From contig JBBRNT010000002.1 in assembly GCA_038230095.1 (NCBI GenBank), forward strand, positions 101,341-165,340: a stretch of DNA of 64,000 bases. Reading direction: 5' to 3'. This stretch comes from Candidatus Saccharimonadia bacterium. Lineage in GTDB: Bacteria; Patescibacteriota; Saccharimonadia; UBA4664; JBBRNT01. The notes under the pieces were generated by a model. The model was given only the letters and a program-made list of their open reading frames with translations. It was not told the origin of the DNA and made no database searches. Positions 37,557-47,220 of this stretch are shown here, one piece after another. Made by a program: the position numbers and the translations under genes. How positions within the stretch are numbered: position 1 is the first letter of the stretch; each line of letters begins with the position of its first letter.

Positions 37557-37667
37557 GCGGTTACTATAGCACATAACGCTTGTGTTTGTGTCAAATATGT
37601 TGTGGAAAAGCCAAAGGGCGCACCGTAGTGCGCAGCGCCTCCTGGCACCAGGCTTGGATTTGGAACT

Positions 37668-37690
37668 AAAAAACGGCCCGAAGGCCGTTT
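37668..37690 (-). terminator. Intrinsic terminator
   Basis: AAACGGCC-TTCG-GGCCGTTT-TTT on the minus strand. Confidence 0.8.
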
Positions 37691-37707
37691 CTTTTGTGGA
37701 GGCGGAA

Positions 37708-37908
37708 CTAGGCTGTCGCGACGTTCAGGCTATCCCAAGTGTCCTTGGAGACGAACTTGGTGAGTTTGCGACCGTCATAGTTGCCACGGAGGGCGTAACG
37801 AACCTGGACTGCGCCAGCTTTGGTTGTGCTCTCATATGTGACTTTGGAAACATCGGCTTCGCCTAGGCTTACTTTGGCGCGGCTCTTTACGTCATAAAAC
37901 TCGATCAT
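37708..37908 (-). CDS. Small basic beta-rich protein, possible Cc1/DUF5679-like DNA-binding protein
   Basis: AAGGGGGA RBS; own terminator; FYDVK...RYALRG..DGRKLTKFVSK pattern. Confidence 0.7.
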   Translation of the reverse strand: MIEFYDVKSRAKVSLGEADVSKVTYESTTKAGAVQVRYALRGNYDGRKLTKFVSKDTWDSLNVATA

Positions 37909-37987
37909 GATCCCCCTTCGGCGCCAAGTATTGCTGCGCCTCCTAATGATATTCTCCTGGTAATAATAGGTTGTGCGTGCCTAGCTG

Positions 37988-39436
37988 TCAATCAGATAGG
38001 ACCTGCTCGGCATTAGCCAGGCGCTTGGCCACCTCTGGCCGCCCAATAACTGCCAGTAGCTCGAACAGGCCCGGGGTGGCGGCTTGGCCGGTAACGGCGT
38101 AGCGGATAGTCATGAAGAGTGGGCCTGGCTTCTCGAGCTCTAGACGCGGCATTATCTCCTCTCGCAGCAGGTACTCGAGCTGCGTGGTATCGTGAAAGTC
38201 GGCCATGTCCTCTACGGCCTCGCGTACCTCGGAAACATAGCGCAGGGCCTCGTCGCGGGGCACCTTAAACCCGTCCCAGCTCACATCTGGCGTGGAAAAG
38301 AAATACTTCGTGGAGTTGGTAAGCTGTGACAGGTATTTGATGCGTTCGTAGTCTAGCGCTAGTACAGCTTGCTTGTAGCCCTGGTCGTAGGCCTTAGCGC
38401 TGTCTGGCCAGAAAGGCTCGCAGGCATCTAGCAGAAGCCCCGGGCGGGACTTGAAGAGATTGCGGATGTAGAGACCATTCATCCAGTCGAGTCGCTCAGG
38501 ATCAAAAATGGCATTACTTTTCTGCACGCGGTCTAGGCTAAACTTCTTTATTATTTCGGCGCGGGTAAATAGCTCTTGTTCAGTGCCATCATTCCAGCCC
38601 ATGCTCGCCATGAAGTTGAAGACCGCATCGGCCAGATAGCCTAGATCACGGTACTCCAGGGCAGACTTAGCGCCGTGGCGCTTGCTCAGCTTGGTTTTGC
38701 CGTCTGGCCCCATGATCCAGGGTAGGTGTGCGAACTGAGGTGGTACCCAGCCAAAAGCCGCGTAGACCAGCAGGTTTTTCGGGGTAGTAGGCAGGAACTC
38801 TTGACCGCGGGTAACTACGTCTATCTCCATGAGGTGGTCGTCTATAACTACGGCAAAGTTGTAGGTAGGAAAGCCATCCGACTTAAGGCACACAAAGTCA
38901 TCCAAGATATGGCGCTCCCAGGACTGTGGCCCCCAAACTAGATCATCCCAGGCCACACTGGGGCCTTCTGGGGTGGCAAAACGTACTACGCCGGCCTCAT
39001 CCCCGACTGGCTGGCTTCTTGCCATGTCGCGTGTAAATCGGAAGGCGGTGCCGGCTTTCTGGGCAGCGGTACGCAGGGCATCCAGCTCCTCTGGGGTAGT
39101 GTAGTCCCAGTAGGCCTTGTCCTCCGCAATCAGCTGGTTGGCATACTGCCGGTAGACGTTGAGACGCTCGCTCTGGACGTAGGGCCCAAACAGGCCGTCA
39201 CGACGGTAGCCCTCATCCCACTCAAGCCCGAGCCAGGTAAGCGAATCAACCAAGAACTGAGCGGCCTCGGGGACGAAGCGCTCACGGTCGGTATCTTCCA
39301 GGCGTAGGATGAAGCTGCCTCCGGACTGCTTGGCGAGCAGGTAAGCTACTAGGGCGCCTCGGAGATTGCCAATGTGAACCAGGCCAGTAGGGCTGGGCGC
39401 AAAGCGGACGCGGAGGGGCTTTGAGGTGTGTGACAT
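37988..39436 (-). CDS. gltX: Glutamate-tRNA ligase
   Basis: RFAPSPTG, HIGN, LRLEDTD, KLSKR. Confidence 0.97.
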   Translation of the reverse strand: MSHTSKPLRVRFAPSPTGLVHIGNLRGALVAYLLAKQSGGSFILRLEDTDRERFVPEAAQFLVDSLTWLGLEWDEGYRRDGLFGPYVQSERLNVYRQYANQLIAEDKAYWDYTTPEELDALRTAAQKAGTAFRFTRDMARSQPVGDEAGVVRFATPEGPSVAWDDLVWGPQSWERHILDDFVCLKSDGFPTYNFAVVIDDHLMEIDVVTRGQEFLPTTPKNLLVYAAFGWVPPQFAHLPWIMGPDGKTKLSKRHGAKSALEYRDLGYLADAVFNFMASMGWNDGTEQELFTRAEIIKKFSLDRVQKSNAIFDPERLDWMNGLYIRNLFKSRPGLLLDACEPFWPDSAKAYDQGYKQAVLALDYERIKYLSQLTNSTKYFFSTPDVSWDGFKVPRDEALRYVSEVREAVEDMADFHDTTQLEYLLREEIMPRLELEKPGPLFMTIRYAVTGQAATPGLFELLAVIGRPEVAKRLANAEQVLSD

Positions 39437-39463
39437 GGAGCTAGTGTAGTGTGAGTGCCGTGC

Positions 39464-39811
39464 CTAGGCAAGGGCGGCGGCAAGGCCATCGCCGTCCATT
39501 TCCACCCATTCGTCGGATACTTGGTGTAGATAGACGGTCTTACTGGAGGTGGTTTCGGGGTCGTAGATGTTCTCAAACCGGACGGTCGCATTAGCCGACT
39601 TGCCGTGGATGGACTTGCGATCCATGATGGCTGGCTTTGTAATGCGCTCCAGTCGGAATTGCTGGCCGCTCCGCGAGAACTCAATGAAGCGTACAGTTTG
39701 GTTCAGGTCATGACGGTCTTCAAGCGGCTCGGTTTTCGTACCGTGCCGATCGATGCCGAACTTGGCGTCTATGGCATCTACAATCTTGTCCCAGCCTGGA
39801 TCGTTGTTCAT
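39464..39811 (-). CDS. Hypothetical protein
   Basis: GGGGGAG RBS; fills the gap in a same-strand gene run. Confidence 0.75.
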   Translation of the reverse strand: MNNDPGWDKIVDAIDAKFGIDRHGTKTEPLEDRHDLNQTVRFIEFSRSGQQFRLERITKPAIMDRKSIHGKSANATVRFENIYDPETTSSKTVYLHQVSDEWVEMDGDGLAAALA

Positions 39812-39833
39812 ACTCCCCCACTCCTGCTTAAGG

Positions 39834-41156
39834 CTATAAGCTATAAATAATTTTGAGCAGCTGTTCGCGACTCAGTTTATTGTTTCCGTCAATATTGTAC
39901 CAGATACCGTGGTTGACCCAGCTGGCTTGGCCATTGCCGTACATGTAGACGGTGAGCCCCTGGCCTTCTACAGCCGAGTACTGGCTTGAGGTCTTAGCGA
40001 CATAGTTTTCCAGGAGTGAGCCAGAGTCCCAATTGGTGCGGCGTTGGGTAATTTGTAGATTGTCGTCGTGGTTGGCCCCCGAGAAGTTCAGGGTGATCTC
40101 GCCAGGAGCATAGGCTACTTGCCCAGCGAGACTGTAGCTGGATGGGACGTAACCCGGGATAGTAGCATCTATGCCAGCTTTGGCAGCAGCGGTCTTGATG
40201 GTCATTTTAGGATAGTTATTGATCCAGATGTAGCCACCCATAATTACTAGGGCGGCAAGCCCGGCAGCAACCGTAGCCGGCTTAAACTGTGGCTTTACCT
40301 CGGCTGCCATAGCGAGCTTCATGGCATCGCTGGTACCGAGCGTGCCTGGCGCACCAGACTTGCCAAGCTTGGCGCTACCCATGGCGTCTACTTGCGTGAC
40401 AACGGCATTGGGCAGGGCCATGGGCGCGGCAATCTTGGTAGATGTCTTAGCAGTTTCAGATATGGCAGTTTCTAGCGATGGACCGGGACTAGGGGCCACT
40501 GGTGCTGGAGCTGCTGCCGGAGCCGGTGCAGGGGCGGCCATAGCTACTGACACAGGCATAGGCATTGGGGCAGCAGGGTGGCTCATACTACCAAACTTAC
40601 TGATGGAATCACTCTTGGTAACCAGCTGAGCGTTTTGATCTCGGGTGTCGCTGCCGCGTGTGATTAAAGACGGGCTGGCTGCTGCGGGTGCTAGCGGGCT
40701 TACGGGTAGTGGGGCCACGGCGGCGATGAGCGGATCGGGCATGGCGGCAGCGGGTGTGACAGCCGCGTTACTTAGATCCAATACGGCCGGGCCAGCGGGC
40801 TTGGTTACGGGGGCATGAAAGCCGCCAGCGGGGTTGGGCTGGGTTAGCGGTGCCTGAGTTGGTTCTGGGGTGGGTGCGGGAGCTGGCGCAACTACTGTAG
40901 GCATGGGTGGCATGGGCTCCGGCACAACCGGCATGGGCATGGGCGCTGGTACGGTGGCAGACTGCACTGGAGCTGGAGCTGGAGCTGGAGCTGGAGCTGG
41001 AGCTGGAGCTATGTCACGCATCATAGGGCGCGGGTTTGGGACTACAGCAGCAGTTGTTGGCTGAGCAACGGTATCAAGCGCTTTTCCGCAATGGCTACAG
41101 TATTGCTTAGCACCAATTGTGACGCGTTCAGATTTACCGCAATTTGGGCATTGCAC
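39834..41156 (-). CDS. Zn-ribbon, Pro-rich linker, TM, DUF4367-like extracellular domain protein
   Basis: CPNC/CSHC; long PA-rich region; TM; IPGYVP...WVNHGIWYNIDG...LSREQLLKI. Confidence 0.75.
   Translation of the reverse strand: MQCPNCGKSERVTIGAKQYCSHCGKALDTVAQPTTAAVVPNPRPMMRDIAPAPAPAPAPAPAPVQSATVPAPMPMPVVPEPMPPMPTVVAPAPAPTPEPTQAPLTQPNPAGGFHAPVTKPAGPAVLDLSNAAVTPAAAMPDPLIAAVAPLPVSPLAPAAASPSLITRGSDTRDQNAQLVTKSDSISKFGSMSHPAAPMPMPVSVAMAAPAPAPAAAPAPVAPSPGPSLETAISETAKTSTKIAAPMALPNAVVTQVDAMGSAKLGKSGAPGTLGTSDAMKLAMAAEVKPQFKPATVAAGLAALVIMGGYIWINNYPKMTIKTAAAKAGIDATIPGYVPSSYSLAGQVAYAPGEITLNFSGANHDDNLQITQRRTNWDSGSLLENYVAKTSSQYSAVEGQGLTVYMYGNGQASWVNHGIWYNIDGNNKLSREQLLKIIYSL
40968..41009. repeat. Perfect hexanucleotide tandem repeat (TGGAGC)x7, in-frame Ala-Pro
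   Basis: Read directly from the sequence. Confidence 0.95.
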
Positions 41157-41170
41157 GGATAATAATTCCT

Positions 41171-41202
41171 TATAGTGCTCATGCTACAGCATGAGCACTA
41201 TA
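41171..41202. promoter_or_regulatory. Perfect 15-bp-arm palindrome, putative operator
   Basis: TATAGTGCTCATGCT-AC-AGCATGAGCACTATA, 14 nt upstream of the 41156 start. Confidence 0.55.
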
Positions 41203-41228
41203 CCTTGCAATGGTACACGAGTGATTAT

Positions 41229-42092
41229 TTAGAATTTTTTAGCACGGAGGTTCATATCCCGGCCTTGGCCATAGATATGCCAGATGAATCGGGGTATGGC
41301 TAGCTGTCGTTTGATTCGACTGGGCTGGAGGATAAGGCGCCATAGCCACTCGAGTCCGATGATCCCTATTAATCCGGGTGCCTTCGGAGCTCGGCCGCCA
41401 AACTGCTGGTAGTCGAAGGTACCGCCCTCACCAATAAGTACGCCGTGCTCCAGCTGTGGGATGAGGCGCAAGATAAGCTGCTCCTGGCGCGGAAAGCCCA
41501 TGCCGACCAGGATAATGTCCGGCCGTACTTTTTGAAGCTCCGTAGCTAGCTTGGCTTCTAGGCGACGATCGAAATGCCCACTGAAGTAGCCGGCAATGCT
41601 CAGGCCGGGGAGCTTGCGCGTGAGTGTAGCTGCGGTATGGGCAATGTCATTATGCTTGGGGGAGCCAATAAGATAGACCGACAATCCGCGGTCGCGGGCA
41701 GCCTCTAGGAGCGGCCAGGTAAAGGTAATACCGCCAATGTTCTGGGGGAGTTGCTTGCGGAGACGGCGGGGCATGAGGATAATTTGCCCCAGCGTGCCCA
41801 GCAGGCGGCCTAAATGACGACGACCACCGTAGAGGTAGTGGGCCGCCCATATTAGCGAGATGCCGTCAGCAAGGCACCACTCTGCGTCGTTGAATATGGC
41901 GAGCAACTCGGGCTCGCTAATAGCCTTTTCCAGGAACTCGACATACGGCTTAACGACGTAGCTGGGCTGGCTCGATGAGTCGGCGGCCTTAGTAATGATC
42001 TGTGTGACTGCCAGCGGGATAGACAGAGCATCTACCTCCACGCCAAGGATCTGGTAGCTGGTATTAACTATTTTTCGAGAGGTGGTGTTCAT
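41229..42092 (-). CDS. WecB/TagA/CpsF family glycosyltransferase
   Basis: ADG, VGMGFPRQE, GEGGTFD, GLEWLWRL..QPSR. Confidence 0.93.
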   Translation of the reverse strand: MNTTSRKIVNTSYQILGVEVDALSIPLAVTQIITKAADSSSQPSYVVKPYVEFLEKAISEPELLAIFNDAEWCLADGISLIWAAHYLYGGRRHLGRLLGTLGQIILMPRRLRKQLPQNIGGITFTWPLLEAARDRGLSVYLIGSPKHNDIAHTAATLTRKLPGLSIAGYFSGHFDRRLEAKLATELQKVRPDIILVGMGFPRQEQLILRLIPQLEHGVLIGEGGTFDYQQFGGRAPKAPGLIGIIGLEWLWRLILQPSRIKRQLAIPRFIWHIYGQGRDMNLRAKKF

Positions 42093-43185
42093 AGGCTTTG
42101 GTTATGTAGCTGGTGAAGTGGGTGGCGAAGTGAGTGGTGTCGTACTGGCTGGCGTACTTGTGCAGAGTGGGGCGATCAAATTCCATTTGTTCAAACTGCT
42201 TCATGGCGGTACTAAGTCCGTCGACAGTTTGACTAGCAAACAGGAGCCCCGTAGTGCCGTCAATGATGGTCTCCCCTGCCCCACCGCGCTCATAGGCTAG
42301 CACCGGCGTGCCCACGGCCATGGCCTCAATGGGCGCAATGCCGTAGTCCTCTTCCTGAGGGAACAGTAGGCCTTGAGCACCAGCTAGGAGCTCCCACTTA
42401 CGCTCTTCCGTGACGCGGCCAGCAAACTCAATGGTGGGTCCAGCCAGCTGCTCCAGCCGAGCGCGGTCGGCGCCCTCGCCGATCACGATCAACCTGCGGC
42501 CGAGGGCATTACAGGCGGCAATGGCCAGATCAACCTTCTTGTACGGTGTAAGCACGCAGAGCGTGACATAGTAGTTGCCGCGATCGGCGTTGGGAAGGAG
42601 CTCGTGGATGGCTGCCGGCGGATAGATGACTGTAGAAGGCTGGCCATAGTACTTGTCGATGCGGGCTGCCACCGTCTGCGAGATGGCAATCCATTGGTCT
42701 ACGCGGGAAGATGAGTAGTAGTCCCAGAGCCGTAGCCTCGAAACTAGGTGGTGAATAGCAGCCCGTCGGATAGGCCCTACGTGTTGCTCATCGACATAGC
42801 GTGGCCAGTAGTCCCAGGCGTAGCGCATGGGTGAGTAGCAATATGACACATGAAGCGTAGCTGGGCCGGTAATTACACTCTTGGCAAAGGCGCTGGAGGA
42901 CGAAATAACCAGGTCGAATTCGCTAAGATCAAAGCTCTCGATAGCCCCAGCCGCCCATGGCAAGAGGTACCGCGAGCGCTTGCGTAGTGCCCGCGGAAAA
43001 CGCTGAAGCGGCGAAGTGCGAATGCGGTCCGGGTCAATAATGCCATCATAGACGGCCGCATCGAAGAGCAGCGTGTAGATGGGCGCCTCAGGGTACAGTC
43101 TGGCTAGCTCCAGTAGAACCTGTTCCGCTCCACCTATCTTGGTATTAAGCCAGTCGTGGATAATAGCAACACGGGGTGCTTTCAT
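42064..43185 (-). CDS. GT4 glycosyltransferase
   Basis: HDWL...GGAE, SPMRYAWD, EEDYGIAPIEAMA. Confidence 0.93.
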   Translation of the reverse strand: MKAPRVAIIHDWLNTKIGGAEQVLLELARLYPEAPIYTLLFDAAVYDGIIDPDRIRTSPLQRFPRALRKRSRYLLPWAAGAIESFDLSEFDLVISSSSAFAKSVITGPATLHVSYCYSPMRYAWDYWPRYVDEQHVGPIRRAAIHHLVSRLRLWDYYSSSRVDQWIAISQTVAARIDKYYGQPSTVIYPPAAIHELLPNADRGNYYVTLCVLTPYKKVDLAIAACNALGRRLIVIGEGADRARLEQLAGPTIEFAGRVTEERKWELLAGAQGLLFPQEEDYGIAPIEAMAVGTPVLAYERGGAGETIIDGTTGLLFASQTVDGLSTAMKQFEQMEFDRPTLHKYASQYDTTHFATHFTSYITKAYEHHLSKNS

Positions 43186-44501
43186 GAGGACGTCTCCTTA
43201 CTCACCATATTACCAAGTGCTATGCCTAGTGTGCCACAAAGCATAATCGCTAGGGTACTGTCAGCTAAGCTGTGAAGGAATAAATTACTAATGAGTATTC
43301 CTCCAAGAGCGGCCAATAGGCCCGGCGCTAGTACTGCCTGGCTCTGACTACTGAGCTGCCAGAGCTGGCGAGCGATGAGGCCAAAAAGCAATGTGTATAG
43401 GGCGACGCCCAACCAGCCAAGTTCTATGCCTACCTGAAGGTACCAGTTCTCGGTGATAAGGGGGTGCGCAGTTTGGTATGATGCCGGACCGGCGCTTCCG
43501 AGCCCCAGGCCCAGGGGGCGCGACTTGAGTGTGGCGAGGCCTAGTGCAAGTGAGCTGGTGCGTCCAGAGTCGGAGTCCGTTACCTTGTCCGTAAGCCTAT
43601 CTACTTGGCCATGCAGTAGGACGAGCTCTAGTGGACTCACTTCGCGGTTATGGGTGACGCGGTAAGTAAGACCGGCGGCAAGACCGACGCAGACCAGGAC
43701 TATACCTGGAGCTATGAGCCGCCACTTGTGCGGTAGGCCCAGGAACCCGGTAATACCAGCGGCAAAAATGGCGGCTATCCAAGCACTTCTGGAGTAGGAC
43801 AGGTATAGTGCCGCTAGCAGGAGCGGCAGCAGTGCAAGTAGCCGCCAGTGCTTGCGTCGTAATATAAGTGTACCTACCAGGCACAGTGGTATGAGCAGGT
43901 ACGACCCCAGCTGATTTGGTCCGCCCAGCGTCGAAAATGCTCGAATAGCTGGCAGAGCGGCGTTTACCTTCTGTAGGGCAGGGATGGTGGCGGGCCCGTA
44001 GCCGAGCGCGGTTAGAAGTGAGACCGGGATAAGGTAGACCTGCAGGAGTGATATCAGGCTGACAATAACCGCGCCAATGACAACTAGGCGGACAAAACGG
44101 TACTGTGACTTGGCCCCTGGCCAGGTGGCGGCCGCAGCGCAGAGGAATAACAACCAGGGGAAAATGTCGGTTTTAATCCCAAAGGCCAGCGACGTAAGGC
44201 TTGTGTGATTGAGCAAGCTTACGATGAGCCCTAGGAGCGTAATGGCAGCGATAGTGAGCGGTATCGGCTGGTACAGTGTATGCCAAGTCCGTCCACGGGT
44301 TAGGTGGACCAGCAAGCCAAGTGCCATAGTTACTATTAACAACTCCTTCCAGGCTGCAACCAGCGTGGTAGAACCAAGCCAGGTACCTAGTATGACAACA
44401 ATGGCTGCATGGAACGGCATGAGCAGAACCAGCGCGTAGGTAGCCATCCCTAAGAATTTCGTGATTGTCATGTCGTGGGTGTTAGTGCCCTGAAGGCGCA
44501 T
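43182..44501 (-). CDS. O-antigen ligase/polymerase family membrane protein
   Basis: Multi-TM; STLGGPN, SYSRSAW, PLGLGLG, ENWYLQ...ELG; start 44501 or 44471. Confidence 0.85.
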   Translation of the reverse strand: MRLQGTNTHDMTITKFLGMATYALVLLMPFHAAIVVILGTWLGSTTLVAAWKELLIVTMALGLLVHLTRGRTWHTLYQPIPLTIAAITLLGLIVSLLNHTSLTSLAFGIKTDIFPWLLFLCAAAATWPGAKSQYRFVRLVVIGAVIVSLISLLQVYLIPVSLLTALGYGPATIPALQKVNAALPAIRAFSTLGGPNQLGSYLLIPLCLVGTLILRRKHWRLLALLPLLLAALYLSYSRSAWIAAIFAAGITGFLGLPHKWRLIAPGIVLVCVGLAAGLTYRVTHNREVSPLELVLLHGQVDRLTDKVTDSDSGRTSSLALGLATLKSRPLGLGLGSAGPASYQTAHPLITENWYLQVGIELGWLGVALYTLLFGLIARQLWQLSSQSQAVLAPGLLAALGGILISNLFLHSLADSTLAIMLCGTLGIALGNMVSKETSS

Positions 44502-45508
44502 TACTTCACTCCGGCCAAGCTACGTTTATACTCATCCAGATTATCTAGAGCGATGCCAGTTCCTCTGGCAACGCATAGAAGTGGCTCTTCGGCTACTACA
44601 CACGGTACGCCAGTGACGTTGCTGAGAAGCCGGTCGAGGTTCTTTAGAAGTGCGCCACCACCGGTGAGTACCATCCCGCGATCAATAATATCGCTGGACA
44701 GCTCGGGCGGAGTTTGCTCGAGCACCGCCCGGATGGCCAGCAGTATCTTCTCGAGCTCATCCCCCATGGCAGTGGTTATCTCATTGGCATGAATGGTGAT
44801 AGTTTTCGGGAGCCCAGCTATGGTGTCGCGGCCTCGTATCTCCATGGTGCGGTCCTTGGTGAGCATGAGGGCCGAGCCTAGCTCCTTCTTTATCTCTTCC
44901 GCGGTACGGTCGCCAATAGCTAGGCTATAGTTGCGGCGGATAAACTCGGCGATAGCCGCGTCCAGCTTATTGCCACCAACACGAATACTGTTCTGAGCGA
45001 CTATGCCGCCGAGGGACAGTATGGCTATCTCGGTAGTGCCGCCGCCTATGTCCACCACCATATTGCCGGCGGCTGAGGCAATAGGAATACCTGCACCAAT
45101 CGCGGCAGCTACTGGCTCCTTAATAATATAGGCAGCACGCGCGCCGGCTGCCAAGGTGGCGTCGATAACGGCACGGCGCTCGGTAGATGTGGCGCCAGCG
45201 GGGACGCAGACCATAACGTCTGGGCGAGTGATGCGCCACCCGCTAGATACCTTATTAATGTAGTGGCGGATCATAGCCTGGGTAATGCGGTAGTCGGCAA
45301 TAACACCATCGCGCATGGGACGGCTGGCCACGATAGTGTCTGGTGTCCGGCCGAGCATTTCTTTTGCCTCGGCGCCGACAGCAATAATCCGATTTGAAGC
45401 GGTGTCTATTGCCACCACACTGGGTTCATTTACGACAATCCCGCGCTTGGGTAAGTACACCAGCACATTGGCAGTTCCCAGATCTATCGCAATTCGTCTT
45501 TTAAACAT
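44501..45508 (-). CDS. mreB: Rod shape-determining protein MreB
   Basis: IDLGTAN, EPSVVA, EPVAAAIGAG, DIGGGTT, LTGGGAL; ATG 45508. Confidence 0.96.
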   Translation of the reverse strand: MFKRRIAIDLGTANVLVYLPKRGIVVNEPSVVAIDTASNRIIAVGAEAKEMLGRTPDTIVASRPMRDGVIADYRITQAMIRHYINKVSSGWRITRPDVMVCVPAGATSTERRAVIDATLAAGARAAYIIKEPVAAAIGAGIPIASAAGNMVVDIGGGTTEIAILSLGGIVAQNSIRVGGNKLDAAIAEFIRRNYSLAIGDRTAEEIKKELGSALMLTKDRTMEIRGRDTIAGLPKTITIHANEITTAMGDELEKILLAIRAVLEQTPPELSSDIIDRGMVLTGGGALLKNLDRLLSNVTGVPCVVAEEPLLCVARGTGIALDNLDEYKRSLAGVK

Positions 45509-45594
45509 ATATGCCCCTAGTATACCCCAGGAGCCAGGTGGTGTGCTACTCACATAGCACTACCCGAATTGCCGCTTTGGCGGTATAGTGTGGT

Positions 45595-46968
45595 GTGATG
45601 TTACGCAAAATATTTTCCATTCTGACCACCCTCGGCGCCATTCTATTTGTGGTAGGCGCAACAATCCTACTTGTGGCGTTTGGCCGGGGCTATAGCTATG
45701 ATTTCAAGAACCATCGGGCCACTCTCAATGGTCTCGTCATAATGAACTCCACGCCAAGTGCCGCCAATGTTATCCTCAATGGCAAAGACATTAAGCGCCG
45801 TACGCCCTACCGGGCCACACTGGAGGCTGGCGACTATAGCTTTGAGGTGAAGAAGGACGGCTACCGTACCTGGAGCAAGCAGCTCAAGGCAGAGGCTTCG
45901 GAGGTAGTGTGGGTACAGTACATTTGGCTGCTCCCAGAAGTACTCAAGGATACTACTGTCACCTCCTTGTCCGGTGTGGCGCAGGCCGTACCCAGCAATG
46001 ACCACCGTCACCTGGCGATGATGACTACCGGCGTAGATGCGGCAGTGTTGCTGTATGACAACGCTAACAAAACTACAACCAAGCTCTATCAGCCCCTGGC
46101 TGCTACGACTGAGCAGCCTGCAGAGGCTCTTACTAGCCTGAGCTGGGCTGACGACAATGCTCACCTTCTACTGCGCAGCAAGATAGGTGTGAAGGTAGTG
46201 GTTCAGATCCTAGCAACTGGCCAGGCACCATCCAACCTGACGGACACGTTTAAGTACGATTTTGCGACGCTCAGCTTTGCGCCAGGAAACTGGCACGAAC
46301 TGTTCTGGCAGTCACCCGAGGGGCTGCGGAAGCTGGACGTCGGGGCACAGACGGTATCGGCAGTTCTAGCAGACAATGTACTGAGCTTCGCCCTTACAGG
46401 CAATCGGGTACTGTACGTTCAGACGACAAAGCTGGGCCGCTCGCTCTACAGTATGGATATGAACGGCCATGACAAGAAGGAGCTAGTGCAGTCGCTAGCG
46501 GAAAGTGAAAGCTATCAGATTGTCGAGGCGAACTACCGCGGGGCAGATCTGCTGGCTGTACTGCCGACCAAGGCCCGTACGCTGACACTCTACTCCAATC
46601 CAGATTCGGATAATCCAACTAGTCGGGTGGTCACCAAGGATGCCGACTACATGAGCTTTAATGGGGATGGGCGCTTTCTTAACTTTGGTTCTGTTGCCGC
46701 CTCTGGTACCTATGATTCCGAGAAGACCACCACTTACAACCTAGGCGGTGGGTTGACGGGTATGACATGGTTTGATAATTACCATATTCTGGGCGTGCGC
46801 GAGGGCCGGGCGCACTTCTTGGAGTTTGATGGTGCCAATGACCAGGCTATTGGGAGCGCCGTAGCTACGCTACCAGTCCTAGCGACGAGTGACCAACATA
46901 GCTTCCTACGATTCGCTGCGGGTAGCGACGCCAAACTAGACCTTATCTCGACCGATACTCACAAGTAG
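45595..46968 (+). CDS. PEGA-domain protein with probable beta-propeller
   Basis: TM; STPSAANVILNG...KDGYRTW PEGA pattern; repeated W/F blade ends. Confidence 0.8.
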   Translation: MMLRKIFSILTTLGAILFVVGATILLVAFGRGYSYDFKNHRATLNGLVIMNSTPSAANVILNGKDIKRRTPYRATLEAGDYSFEVKKDGYRTWSKQLKAEASEVVWVQYIWLLPEVLKDTTVTSLSGVAQAVPSNDHRHLAMMTTGVDAAVLLYDNANKTTTKLYQPLAATTEQPAEALTSLSWADDNAHLLLRSKIGVKVVVQILATGQAPSNLTDTFKYDFATLSFAPGNWHELFWQSPEGLRKLDVGAQTVSAVLADNVLSFALTGNRVLYVQTTKLGRSLYSMDMNGHDKKELVQSLAESESYQIVEANYRGADLLAVLPTKARTLTLYSNPDSDNPTSRVVTKDADYMSFNGDGRFLNFGSVAASGTYDSEKTTTYNLGGGLTGMTWFDNYHILGVREGRAHFLEFDGANDQAIGSAVATLPVLATSDQHSFLRFAAGSDAKLDLISTDTHK

Positions 46969-47220
46969 CCTGCCCTCCACTCCTGTAGCTTCGACTATCA
47001 GGGCATGTCCTCTCGCTCTATCCTGGGATACGCTTACTTTTCTCCTCGTGCCTTTGGCCAGGCAAAAGGTGCCAGAATGTACCTCGCACAGGCGTCCGCG
47101 AGGCCGTGGGAATAATCCAAGTAAGCTGACTGTTCTCGATCAATCTGGGACACCCTAGGTAGTTACTCTCCTGCTGCCTGAGCCAGTACACGGACAGAAG
47201 ACTAAGAACCTAGAATAGGC

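Noticed and set aside
40968-41009. Phase-variation switch
   Set aside because: The 6-nt unit keeps the frame; slippage would only change linker length
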